A stretch of DNA of 59,664 nucleotides from IMG/VR virus record IMGVR_UViG_3300020439_001801; one strand, written 5' to 3'. Made by a program: the position numbers and the translations under genes. This document shows positions 48,900 to 58,005 of the stretch, one piece after another. The notes under the pieces were generated by a model, which did no database searches, had not been told where the DNA came from, and saw only the letters and a program-made list of their open reading frames with translations. The stretch's first letter is position 1; every line of letters begins with the position of its first letter. The stretch is from an uncultured virus (IMG/VR IMGVR_UViG_3300020439_001801) (Duplodnaviria; Heunggongvirae; Uroviricota; Caudoviricetes).

Positions 48900-49440
48900 C
48901 TATAAAATTATATCGCTCTCCACCTAATTTGTAACAAATTAAGATAGAAGCTCTGTTCCATTTATCCATATAACCATAACCCCATTCGTATTTAGAATAA
49001 AAATAAGATAGAGCTTGATAGTATAACTGAAATCCGGTATTAGGTGGTAAATCTAAATTTTTTTGAATATAAACTCCACCAAAATAATAGGAATTATCTG
49101 TTGGTAGTTGGTGTACTTTATTTATCCAATCATATGTTAATACATCTGAACACCATCCCCAACCAATAGCTTTGTTAAAATCTTTATGATAAAATAATAG
49201 TAATGAAGATATAGAGTTTAATCTTTCTAGCGAAATATCTAATGCAGGTTTCCCTTCCCAGTCGGGAAGTTCTTTTGCTATTGATTTACAGATAAATTTA
49301 ATATCTGAAATATTATCTCTGATGTGTAGTGGGTTATTGTTATCGATTACCTTAAATGAAAAGTTCGTATCTCTTTCTATTTTTTGAGATTCGAATGTAT
49401 CTCTATGTAATCGCATTTGGTAAAACTGCTCTTTATCCAT
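48877..49440 (-). CDS. Possible GNAT-fold acyltransferase
   Basis: IGWGW, GGVYI....G..L, WNRAS...YKLG pattern. Confidence 0.45.
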   Translation of the reverse strand: MDKEQFYQMRLHRDTFESQKIERDTNFSFKVIDNNNPLHIRDNISDIKFICKSIAKELPDWEGKPALDISLERLNSISSLLLFYHKDFNKAIGWGWCSDVLTYDWINKVHQLPTDNSYYFGGVYIQKNLDLPPNTGFQLYYQALSYFYSKYEWGYGYMDKWNRASILICYKLGGERYNFIDDYGREY

Positions 49441-49454
49441 ATAGACCTATTTAA

Positions 49455-49462
49455 TATAAATA
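49455..49462 (-). promoter_or_regulatory. Putative late promoter motif TATTTATA
   Basis: Upstream of ATG 49440. Confidence 0.5.
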
Positions 49463-49468
49463 TAGATA

Positions 49469-49606
49469 CTATGTATGCTTTGCCTTAAAGTATGTGAAAA
49501 AATTTGAAATAATGTTTGTTACACTTGTTTGCTCAGTATTTGAAAGTGCTGTTGTTACTCTGTTAACAGATGTTGATTTTCTTCTATATACGTTTACTTT
49601 ACTCAT
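49469..49606 (-). CDS. Small basic Ser/Thr-rich peptide, 45 aa
   Basis: MSKVNVYRRKSTSVNRVTTALSNTEQTSVTNIISNFFTYFKAKHT*; starts 2 nt after the Hint protein stop. Confidence 0.65.
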   Translation of the reverse strand: MSKVNVYRRKSTSVNRVTTALSNTEQTSVTNIISNFFTYFKAKHT

Positions 49607-49608
49607 AA

Positions 49609-51978
49609 TTATTTATTGTGTACTACTAATCCGTTTGCAATATATGAATGTAACCCATCTACCGTAATATTGTAAACTTTTTCTTCTGGATTTGACCTTA
49701 CAACTTTTATTTCTTTTATTTCTTCCCAATCGTTAGGTCCTCCACAATTTACAAAATCACCAACTTTTAAAACTTTTGGTTCTTGTTGTGTGGCATATGG
49801 TTCTTGATTAGGGTCTGGTACTAATGACTTCCATCCCTCTTTAGTTAAGAATGGATGTTCGGGTGTAAACTCAATACTCCAATCATTTTCTACACCAATC
49901 AAAGTATATAATGATGGTTCATCACCTAATGATTTACACGCATCTGAATGAGACTCAACTGTATGTCTGTTGTCTATAGCTGATACAGTTCCTACACCAA
50001 TATCCTCACCATCCCATCCTAATACTTCATCACCAACTACTACATCTTCAATGTTTTTTTGAGAACCATCGCTCATTTCTATTTGAGTTCCAGCTGCGAA
50101 GCATGTAGGTGGTGCTCTATTGTGTGATAAAAAGTCCCAAGCATAAAAGTTGTGATTATCAGCAACTTTATCTAAGTTATAAACAGTATGTGTATTTTCA
50201 TCTTCGATTATATCTGTAATAGTAACACCATATCCATCTAAGTGTAGTACTTCATCTCCAATCAAAATTTGCTCAACATCTAAGTTACTATCTTCTTTTG
50301 TAGCTTGTGGTGAGTAAGATGAGTATCCTTTACCTAATACAAATAATGGATGGTCTGGTGTACCAGTTAGCTCCGTTCCATTTTCAAATACATAAGTTAC
50401 AACATTTTCGTTTTCTTTTACCAAAATAGATAATACTTCTTTGTATTCTGCTGTATCGTTATTGTGGTTGTATGTAATTACTTTATCACCTACTTTAACA
50501 TCTTCAATATTTTTAATACCATCTTCCGTATGTATCGGTGTACCTGCTACAAAGCAAGGTGCGTTGTGAGTTACTACGGCTTCAGATGAACTAACAAAAT
50601 AAGTATCCGTATCCTCAACATCAATTCTTACGAATGATATATGATTATCACTATCTAATATAGCATAATTTGAAGATGATATAGGAACAGGACTACCTGA
50701 TTCATTTGTTAAGAAATCTGCAGATGCTGTTAATTGAAATGCTTTTTTATAGCTAAATTCATTTGATGATGTATTATATGTTAAGAATGTTTTTTGTGTA
50801 CTACAATAAATCGAATCATCATCACTCAAGTTTATTTCCATTAGACCAGGATAATTAAATGATGAAGATTCAACCATATTAATTACAGATTCAGTTACAA
50901 ATGAACCATCTAATGTGTTACCACTATGAGACCAAGAAGCGTATAACTCCGAAGAATCTGTATTTGGTGAACCAGAAACATAATATGATTTAACCGAACC
51001 ACTTATACTAGCTGATGCTATGGACTCATAACTATCATCTACTTTTTTGTAAGATTCTACATCCAACAAACCTTCAAATCCGGTATCTTTCATAAAGTTG
51101 GTAGTGTATTCAAAATAGTGTTTAAGTGGAATTTGATAAGTGATACCATCATTATATCCATATAATCCTTCTGAACTTCCTGTAATTGATTGTGGTAAAT
51201 CAAACATTGATTCTATCTTATAAGCTCCTAATTGAATAGTATCTAAATTAGAACCATATACTACAGAAAATACTCTAATACTTTTTACTACACCATCACT
51301 TAATGTTGTTGGTGATAAGTGATATTTTTCAGCATATAAATTATCTTTATCTAAGTAGTTATCAACAAAGTCGGTTATCATTTCAGCTGATGATGAATGA
51401 TAGTATCCTGCTCTATCAAACTTTAAAAAGTCCATTGGATTTGTTGTGTGAGTAAATGCTTTTGTAACAACATCTGGTGTTTGTATGTTATTATTTAATG
51501 ATGATGTTAATGTATTTATAATACCATCACTACTACTAACATACATTTCAGGTACATTTAATGATGCTGTGTTTTCGTTAAATAATTTTAAAACATTGAT
51601 TCTATCCTTACAATATGTAGAATCAAAAACTGCGTTTTCATCGTATGCTAATCTTAAAATAAATTTATCAGATGAATCTGTTACGGATGTTGGATATATA
51701 GAATCAGCATTTTCTCTAATCTTTTCAAAGTTTGTAATAAATGTTGCACTAGCATCTACTTGATTTTGTAAATGTTCTACAAAATTATACTGCATAGGTT
51801 TGTATATAACAACAAGATGCGTTATACTATTTGTTGATAATAGATTGAAAAAGCTGGTAAAGTCGAAGTGATTATATAAACCAACACTTACAAAAGCAGT
51901 ATCAGTATTTAACTCTAACAACCTTAGATTTGACATTTCGTCTGTTACGAAATCAGCTGAAAATAGTGTACCTTTCAT
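49609..51978 (-). CDS. Circularly permuted ATP-grasp-like protein with three tandem Hint domains
   Basis: N-terminal SADF...LLELNTDT; degenerate Hint ending VVTHN; Hint CFVAGT...TPDHP...HNFYA...SHN; Hint CFAAGT...TPEHP...HSYIANGLVVHN. Confidence 0.75.
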   Translation of the reverse strand: MKGTLFSADFVTDEMSNLRLLELNTDTAFVSVGLYNHFDFTSFFNLLSTNSITHLVVIYKPMQYNFVEHLQNQVDASATFITNFEKIRENADSIYPTSVTDSSDKFILRLAYDENAVFDSTYCKDRINVLKLFNENTASLNVPEMYVSSSDGIINTLTSSLNNNIQTPDVVTKAFTHTTNPMDFLKFDRAGYYHSSSAEMITDFVDNYLDKDNLYAEKYHLSPTTLSDGVVKSIRVFSVVYGSNLDTIQLGAYKIESMFDLPQSITGSSEGLYGYNDGITYQIPLKHYFEYTTNFMKDTGFEGLLDVESYKKVDDSYESIASASISGSVKSYYVSGSPNTDSSELYASWSHSGNTLDGSFVTESVINMVESSSFNYPGLMEINLSDDDSIYCSTQKTFLTYNTSSNEFSYKKAFQLTASADFLTNESGSPVPISSSNYAILDSDNHISFVRIDVEDTDTYFVSSSEAVVTHNAPCFVAGTPIHTEDGIKNIEDVKVGDKVITYNHNNDTAEYKEVLSILVKENENVVTYVFENGTELTGTPDHPLFVLGKGYSSYSPQATKEDSNLDVEQILIGDEVLHLDGYGVTITDIIEDENTHTVYNLDKVADNHNFYAWDFLSHNRAPPTCFAAGTQIEMSDGSQKNIEDVVVGDEVLGWDGEDIGVGTVSAIDNRHTVESHSDACKSLGDEPSLYTLIGVENDWSIEFTPEHPFLTKEGWKSLVPDPNQEPYATQQEPKVLKVGDFVNCGGPNDWEEIKEIKVVRSNPEEKVYNITVDGLHSYIANGLVVHNK

Positions 51979-51996
51979 TTAATATCCTAAGTTTAT

Positions 51997-52004
51997 TATA
52001 AATA
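51997..52004 (-). promoter_or_regulatory. Putative late promoter motif TATTTATA
   Basis: Upstream of ATG 51978. Confidence 0.55.
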
Positions 52005-52019
52005 TATACTTTTTATTTT

Positions 52020-53501
52020 TTATACAATTTCACCAACAATACCCATTACATCTTTGTAATCTTCGGAGTTAACCATTTCTTCTTTGGTTTCATAATATTT
52101 AATACCATCTAAATCAAAATATTTTAAATTATCCATCTTATCAAACGCACAATTATATACATTGAATATATCAGTTAATAAGATATTATTATCAAGTGCT
52201 TTGTAAAAATGTTTTAACATTGTTGATTTTAAATCCAAATCTACAACCCAACTCCAATCACCCCACTTAGGATGAAAGTTGTGTTTGTTATAAATAATAC
52301 TTTCTTCGGAATATCTTTCTTGTATAACATACAAAACCCCTTTGTAGATTCCTGCATGATATAATTTAGGAACAATACCATTTTCATATAAAAAATCATT
52401 TGTTTTAAGAATCGTTAAGAGTTGCTCTTTTGATGCAGTAGGGATTGTAGAATCAAATGATTTTTTATCTAAACTTGCTTTACATGGATAGTGAAATTTC
52501 AATACATATTTATCGTAATAAAAAACTTTGTGATAGTATCTGAAATCTGTTGATTTCTGTATTGAATCTTTGTATCTATTTTCTATTAATTCTACTGCAC
52601 CTCTTTCACCAAAGAACCTAAATTTATTTTTATATTGTTCTAATTCAGATGTTAAATCTTTTTCAACATTTAGTGGAATGGGTTTGTAAAACTTATTTCG
52701 CTGGGGTCTATGGTGTTTATGTATTTGTATATCATTTATAAAACAATCTAAACCTGCACCCAAATCAATATAAAACCTTTCACCCAACTCTGTACCATAT
52801 TCGTTTTTCATAATTGAAGCCCAATCATTAATCTTTCCACTTCTGAAATCGTTGGTTGTGTAAATAATGTTTTCAGTATTTTCATTCGGTAATCTAACAT
52901 CAACTCCTTTTGGTGTTTGTTCTAAAAACTTTCCTATCTTATTTAGCGAAGAATCATAATCTTTTATTATCTCTTCAAATGATATCACTTCCATATCAAT
53001 ATCAATAAGTTCTTTTGCCATATAAACAGAAAACCAATTCTTATAATACTGAAGTAACAACTCGAACATATTATCGTATTTTTGGTCAATCAATTCATAT
53101 CCATCGAAATCAAAGTTTTTATAAAAGTTGTCAAATGTTTTATATTTGGATTTATATCTTGGTCTGTGATAACATGATGTTATTATATCTCTAACATCTC
53201 TGTAAACTAATATAATTTTAGATTCGGAAAAGAATTTATCTAATTTATTTTGGTCATCAATACTATGGTTGTATTTGTGGTAATCTTTATAATCATGTAG
53301 ATGAGACCAAGTTACCTTTCCACCTTCACTCATAGATGATTCGAACCCATCCATCTCATCTGTAAACTTAGTGTAATCAATGTAGTTGTAGTTAATACTT
53401 TTATATCCAAAGTTATTCACTATCAAATCAGTAAGTAGATGTGTTCCACTTCTTCTTGCTGCAACTACTATAACATTTTTCTTATAACTCATCTTCACCA
53501 A
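52020..53501 (-). CDS. Sulfotransferase fused to a kinase-like domain
   Basis: AARRSGTHLL, YRDVRDIITS, ISFEEI, FRSGKINDW; C-terminal VLKF, VPKLY, YVIQE, TDIFNVYN, KYFDLD. Confidence 0.7.
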   Translation of the reverse strand: MVKMSYKKNVIVVAARRSGTHLLTDLIVNNFGYKSINYNYIDYTKFTDEMDGFESSMSEGGKVTWSHLHDYKDYHKYNHSIDDQNKLDKFFSESKIILVYRDVRDIITSCYHRPRYKSKYKTFDNFYKNFDFDGYELIDQKYDNMFELLLQYYKNWFSVYMAKELIDIDMEVISFEEIIKDYDSSLNKIGKFLEQTPKGVDVRLPNENTENIIYTTNDFRSGKINDWASIMKNEYGTELGERFYIDLGAGLDCFINDIQIHKHHRPQRNKFYKPIPLNVEKDLTSELEQYKNKFRFFGERGAVELIENRYKDSIQKSTDFRYYHKVFYYDKYVLKFHYPCKASLDKKSFDSTIPTASKEQLLTILKTNDFLYENGIVPKLYHAGIYKGVLYVIQERYSEESIIYNKHNFHPKWGDWSWVVDLDLKSTMLKHFYKALDNNILLTDIFNVYNCAFDKMDNLKYFDLDGIKYYETKEEMVNSEDYKDVMGIVGEIV

Positions 53502-54201
53502 TTACCCACGTCTTACCATGCCAATCATACTTTAATAGTTGTAATCCCTCTTTAGGATATTCCCATTTTTCATAAAAAGATTTATATTGATTGTAGTGTT
53601 TATGTAAATCATTTTCATCAAAAAATTGATTGAAATCTCCTACGTTTTTGTATATTGACCATTTATACTTTGTAACCTCATCAATTCCTATAGGAGTTGT
53701 TTTCAAAAATTTAGAAACTTTGTTGTGAAATTTATTTTGATAATAAAGCGCATCCTCATATCTTACTATGATACAATTATCACCAAATTGTTCTTTGTAT
53801 GTATTTATTAATTCTATCTGCTTATCCGTAACATCATTTAACAGGTCGATAAAATTGGGTTCTATTCCCAATTGTTTATCAACTTTACACGTAGCATTTT
53901 TATAATCCGAATCATGCAAATGTAATCCATTATCAAAGTAAAATAAATTCATAGCAACTTCTCTTGGGTCTGTTATTGCTACGAATACCTTAGTACCTAC
54001 ATTTAGTAAATCACTAACATACTTACTATCTAAAGTGGTATGACTTTTACCCCAGTGATTTATATTTTGTGTTTGTGGATAATTTTCTCTAATTAGTTCT
54101 TTACAAAATTCAGAACCTGCCATCCTCCAACTAACTATAAAAAATTTGTTAGATTCCAATGGAGTTCTTATCCATAAATTCATTTCATCTTTCTTATACA
54201 T
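53482..54201 (-). CDS. Sulfotransferase-like protein
   Basis: SWRMAGSE, KSH, DPRE, IVRYED, NVGDF. Confidence 0.6.
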   Translation of the reverse strand: MYKKDEMNLWIRTPLESNKFFIVSWRMAGSEFCKELIRENYPQTQNINHWGKSHTTLDSKYVSDLLNVGTKVFVAITDPREVAMNLFYFDNGLHLHDSDYKNATCKVDKQLGIEPNFIDLLNDVTDKQIELINTYKEQFGDNCIIVRYEDALYYQNKFHNKVSKFLKTTPIGIDEVTKYKWSIYKNVGDFNQFFDENDLHKHYNQYKSFYEKWEYPKEGLQLLKYDWHGKTWVIGEDEL

Positions 54202-54919
54202 CTATATGTCTTTGTGATTGTGGACCAGTAAGAACGTGATGGTAATGTTTCATTAGATATTCATACCTACTACTCTTTGGATTTGTTATTTTATAATACG
54301 ATTGCATAATTGGTGAATCATCTGGCAGTATAGTTTGTATAGTAGAGAAATCCGTATCAGCCCAAATAGGATATGGTCTATATTCTTCCAACCAAGGATA
54401 GGAGTTTGTATTTACCCACACATCATTAGCAGATAATGGTATCCTCTTTACATCTTCACAAAATAGTTTTGCTGCATCGGGTTTGATTGCATAAGCGTGG
54501 TGTCCTAAAAAGTTAAGTTGATGTAATGGTTGTAATCCATCTTTTGGTTCTACATAAATCATATGGTCTGGTCTGATGTAACTTGGTCTACCAAAAGTAA
54601 CACACATTTTAAAATCTATATCAGGCAAATTCTCTTTGAATATAGCATCGTGTTCTAAGATTAGTATTGGTTCATTTAGCTCCACACATTTTTTCCAAAG
54701 TAAATAGTGAGATGCAAAACAAGCGCCAACATTATCAGGTCTTGCATAATGATTAAATGTATTTTCATATGGTAAGATATCTTTCCACTTATTGGGTAAT
54801 ACCGCATCAAACATTTCAATTGGTTCGGTGTATCCTACATCTTTTGCAGATTGTATTGTTTGTCCTGCAGACCTAACTGAATCTTTGTTATCTTTTATTC
54901 TTATTAAAAATGTTTTCAT
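54194..54919 (-). CDS. Glycosyltransferase family 25-like
   Basis: FDAV, ACFASHYLLW, ILILEHDA, GHHAYAIKPDAAK, ND. Confidence 0.78.
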   Translation of the reverse strand: MKTFLIRIKDNKDSVRSAGQTIQSAKDVGYTEPIEMFDAVLPNKWKDILPYENTFNHYARPDNVGACFASHYLLWKKCVELNEPILILEHDAIFKENLPDIDFKMCVTFGRPSYIRPDHMIYVEPKDGLQPLHQLNFLGHHAYAIKPDAAKLFCEDVKRIPLSANDVWVNTNSYPWLEEYRPYPIWADTDFSTIQTILPDDSPIMQSYYKITNPKSSRYEYLMKHYHHVLTGPQSQRHIDV

Positions 54920-55112
54920 TTCTATTTTCTAATTTTAACCAAAACCTTTCAAATCCAAAATATCCAAATGTTTTAAGTAATGTATCTAATCCACCTACAG
55001 CCAACCCAAACTTCCAATCACCACTAACTAACCAACCACTTAGTATTGTGATTGATGTAGCTATAAATCTCCAAATGATTGTTTTGATTAATGTTTTTTT
55101 ATAACTTCCCAT
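54888..55112 (-). CDS. DUF2061-like small membrane protein
   Basis: KTIIWR...K...YF.FERFW pattern. Confidence 0.65.
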   Translation of the reverse strand: MGSYKKTLIKTIIWRFIATSITILSGWLVSGDWKFGLAVGGLDTLLKTFGYFGFERFWLKLENRNENIFNKNKR

Positions 55113-55452
55113 CCTCTCTCAACTCCTCTCTTATTTTAGTTGCTGAGACTTCTTTGATATCATCTGGTGGTACGTGTTCAATTATTTCATAACCTACTCC
55201 TCTACCATAGTTTACCGATTCAATATCAGGTATGATAGATACCATAACTCTTCCTTCTTCTATCAAAGGTAGTAATTCTTTTGTAATGTTTTGTTGTACT
55301 TCAAAAGATGACCAAGGTTGTTTTTCACTCTTTTCTACATCTCTTACAGCTATCCAAACATTCTTTCCTTCGTTTAATCTTTGGTCGATTAACCATCGGT
55401 GACCTTTGTGCCAAGGTTGCCACCTACCTATAAACATAGACCATTGTTTCAT
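55099..55452 (-). CDS. HIGH-superfamily nucleotidyltransferase (cytidylyltransferase-like)
   Basis: GRWQPWHKGH, YGRGVGY, SATKIR. Confidence 0.8.
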   Translation of the reverse strand: MKQWSMFIGRWQPWHKGHRWLIDQRLNEGKNVWIAVRDVEKSEKQPWSSFEVQQNITKELLPLIEEGRVMVSIIPDIESVNYGRGVGYEIIEHVPPDDIKEVSATKIREELREDGKL

Positions 55453-55799
55453 ATAAGTGATTTTTGTTTGACTTCTTTTCTTTTTCTTTTTCTTAATTTT
55501 CCTGCTAATAAATCTCTAACTTTAGCACAATCTAAGTATTCTTCTTTTTCTAAAAAGAATTTCATAGATTCTCTTAGTACTGATTTGTATTCTGATTTTT
55601 CTACATAACAAACTTTATCTCTTCCCAATCTTAAAATAGTAACACCTTCTTTTTTCAGAATCATAGCTTGGTGTATTATACTAACAACATCTCTATAAAC
55701 TGGTAATCCAAAATCATCCATCCACATAGATATCAAGTCGTGATATCCGTATGTTAAATATTTTTTCCAATAGAGGTTGTGTACTGGTATAAGTTCCAT
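55449..55799 (-). CDS. Hypothetical protein with C-terminal UVR (UvrB/C) motif
   Basis: EKEEYLDCAKVRDLL. Confidence 0.6.
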   Translation of the reverse strand: MELIPVHNLYWKKYLTYGYHDLISMWMDDFGLPVYRDVVSIIHQAMILKKEGVTILRLGRDKVCYVEKSEYKSVLRESMKFFLEKEEYLDCAKVRDLLAGKLRKRKRKEVKQKSLI

Positions 55800-55812
55800 A
55801 CCTATAAGTATG

Positions 55813-56181
55813 TTATTGAACCTTTTCTTTCCACATAATTTGTACTAATACAATTAAAAAACAAAGTATTAGTTGAACTAATATTTTACCAGTAACAGGT
55901 TGTTTAAAAAAGTATGCGGTTAACCATGCGTATGATATAATCCCTAATATAAACCCAATAAATCTATTAGGCCACAAATCACCATCAAAGGCACTCACTC
56001 CATAATATGTACCTTTAAGAAATAGATAGGTGATTGGTATAGCTACAACATACCATCCCCACCATTCTGGTTTGTACTTCTCATTAATAAATTGCCAATT
56101 ATGTTGAAACCATACTGCTACCTGCGCAGTTGATATAAGAATTATTGCGTAAAGCAAATATAACCAATTAAATTTTTCCAT
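55813..56181 (-). CDS. Four-helix membrane protein (SMR/DMT-like size)
   Basis: Four hydrophobic segments in 122 aa. Confidence 0.6.
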   Translation of the reverse strand: MEKFNWLYLLYAIILISTAQVAVWFQHNWQFINEKYKPEWWGWYVVAIPITYLFLKGTYYGVSAFDGDLWPNRFIGFILGIISYAWLTAYFFKQPVTGKILVQLILCFLIVLVQIMWKEKVQ

Positions 56182-56980
56182 AATATTTTTTTAATTCTTT
56201 GTGTATGTGTTCTGCTATTTTTATATGACCAAAGTAGCCAGGATGATAATCAGTATCTCCTACATGCTTTTCTAAATCTTTACCAATGTGATATTCTTTT
56301 TCTTTCCAATACCATTGAACTATACAACTACCACCTTCCCAATCAATAATTCTATCTTCAATGTTTAGTGTATTGTAAATATTTTTATAATAAGATTCAG
56401 AATGTTCTTTTACCGCTTGATTTACAATAAAGAATTCACAACCCAATTGTTTAAGTAATGAGAATATTCCTAAAAAATGAGTTGCTTCTTTGTTTGCATG
56501 GTGGTGTTCGTTTACAAACCACTTAAAGTAAGATTCTAATTCTTCTTTTATCTTAGCTCTATCATTTATATCATCTGTACAATCAATTGGGTCTATACAA
56601 TTAGATGTTACTACATTGAACAACCTATCTAAACGATTTGAATATAGTTCATCTCTGAATCCAGAAGTTGTTTCTATAATAAAAAGTGTATCATCTATTT
56701 CATCTAAATTAGAGTTGATGTACTCCATAGTCATACGAAGTGCTCTCATAGTAGAACCACCTCCTCTACTCTCATCAACTAATTCAACTCCTAAAAGATT
56801 TGCTAATCGATTTGGCCAATTTATAGATATTCTACTATCCAATGATTCTTCATCACCGATAACTTCCCACGGCTCTATATTATAATACTTACCATAGTGT
56901 TCAAAATATCTACTATGACAGAGAGGCCAGCCGTGAGTAATACTACTTCCGTTTGTATATAACCTTTTAAATTTTTTCAT
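56168..56980 (-). CDS. SGNH/GDSL hydrolase-like protein
   Basis: YTNGSSITHG, SRGGGS, DYHPG. Confidence 0.65.
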   Translation of the reverse strand: MKKFKRLYTNGSSITHGWPLCHSRYFEHYGKYYNIEPWEVIGDEESLDSRISINWPNRLANLLGVELVDESRGGGSTMRALRMTMEYINSNLDEIDDTLFIIETTSGFRDELYSNRLDRLFNVVTSNCIDPIDCTDDINDRAKIKEELESYFKWFVNEHHHANKEATHFLGIFSLLKQLGCEFFIVNQAVKEHSESYYKNIYNTLNIEDRIIDWEGGSCIVQWYWKEKEYHIGKDLEKHVGDTDYHPGYFGHIKIAEHIHKELKKYYGKI

Positions 56981-56988
56981 TAATCAAT

Positions 56989-58002
56989 TTATGTTGCTTG
57001 TCTCCACCTAATCTTTGGTGGTTTGTTCGCTGATGCGATTACATCATCTATGTTTAATCTACTAGCCACAGCTTCTTTACTATCGTATCTATCTCTATAT
57101 GGTCTTGGTTGTTCTAACTGAGCTTGTTTTCTACAAGTCCAATCAATTGTTTTTAGTACTTCTGATATATTATCTATTTGGTTGGTTGGTACATTGAATG
57201 CGTATTCTTCTTCTGCAGCAAATAAGCTAGAACCATATGGTGGTATTTGTGATGTACTTACATTAATAACAGGTACACTTTGAATATAATAAAAATTACT
57301 TTCTGCTTTAGCTTGGTTTATTTTAGCATTCATCTGAGCTGATGTGTAAAGACTTCCATCCAAATTTAATATAAAATCTATATTCAGTTCACTTCTAGTT
57401 TGAGCTCCCAATACATCCAAAGGTCCTCTTACAACTTGACTATTACCCAAATGACCGTTAACTTTACCACCACCATAATAGCTTGTAATATTTGTGTTAG
57501 CTGCATCCTTTACCGATGAATTTGTTGCTGGATATTGATTTCCATAGTTAGCTAATGGCTTATATGGTTGATTAATAATACCACTCAAATCAACTTTAGG
57601 TGGAGGTGGTGGTATTCTCGGTGGAGGTGGCGGTGGAGGTGGTGTTGTATCTATTGGTGGCGTTGGGGTTGTATCTGCTGGTGTTGTATCAGATGGAGTA
57701 GTTACTGGTTCTAAATACTTACTTCTTTTACTTCTACGTCTTAATCCAAAGAGTCCTTTACCCTTATGTTCTTTACCAGTCATAGGTCTACCATCTTCCA
57801 TAATATGATAATCACCTATATAATTTGTACCATCTAATGTAAACTCACCACCTTTGGTATAAAGATTATTCTTTTTCTTACTGGTTGGTTTACCCGTATT
57901 ATTTTTCCCACGAAAAGGAAAGCCCCTTCTAACCTTTTGGTCAGAACCTCTCTTCGTTCTTTTACTTCCTCCAAATCCGAATGGTCTTCGTCCTTTTGCC
58001 AT
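56989..58002 (-). CDS. Basic, poly-Pro hypothetical protein (probably late/virion)
   Basis: K/R/G/F-rich N-terminus, NLYTKGGEF..DG..YIGDYH module, DTTP repeats and poly-Pro; late motif 3 nt upstream. Confidence 0.6.
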   Translation of the reverse strand: MAKGRRPFGFGGSKRTKRGSDQKVRRGFPFRGKNNTGKPTSKKKNNLYTKGGEFTLDGTNYIGDYHIMEDGRPMTGKEHKGKGLFGLRRRSKRSKYLEPVTTPSDTTPADTTPTPPIDTTPPPPPPPPRIPPPPPKVDLSGIINQPYKPLANYGNQYPATNSSVKDAANTNITSYYGGGKVNGHLGNSQVVRGPLDVLGAQTRSELNIDFILNLDGSLYTSAQMNAKINQAKAESNFYYIQSVPVINVSTSQIPPYGSSLFAAEEEYAFNVPTNQIDNISEVLKTIDWTCRKQAQLEQPRPYRDRYDSKEAVASRLNIDDVIASANKPPKIRWRQAT

Positions 58003-58005
58003 ACC

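Noticed and set aside
49609..50568. Hint domains as canonical selfish inteins
   Set aside because: No +1 Cys/Ser/Thr, no homing endonuclease, and not inserted in a conserved enzyme core
9..56885. All + strand ORFs and the short nested - strand ORFs in the track
   Set aside because: They lie antisense or out of frame within long, motif-bearing minus-strand genes and show no recognisable domains or start signals
57595..57700. GC-rich GGT/GGA repeat tract as a DNA repeat element
   Set aside because: Explained by poly-Pro and DTTP codons of the 337 aa protein
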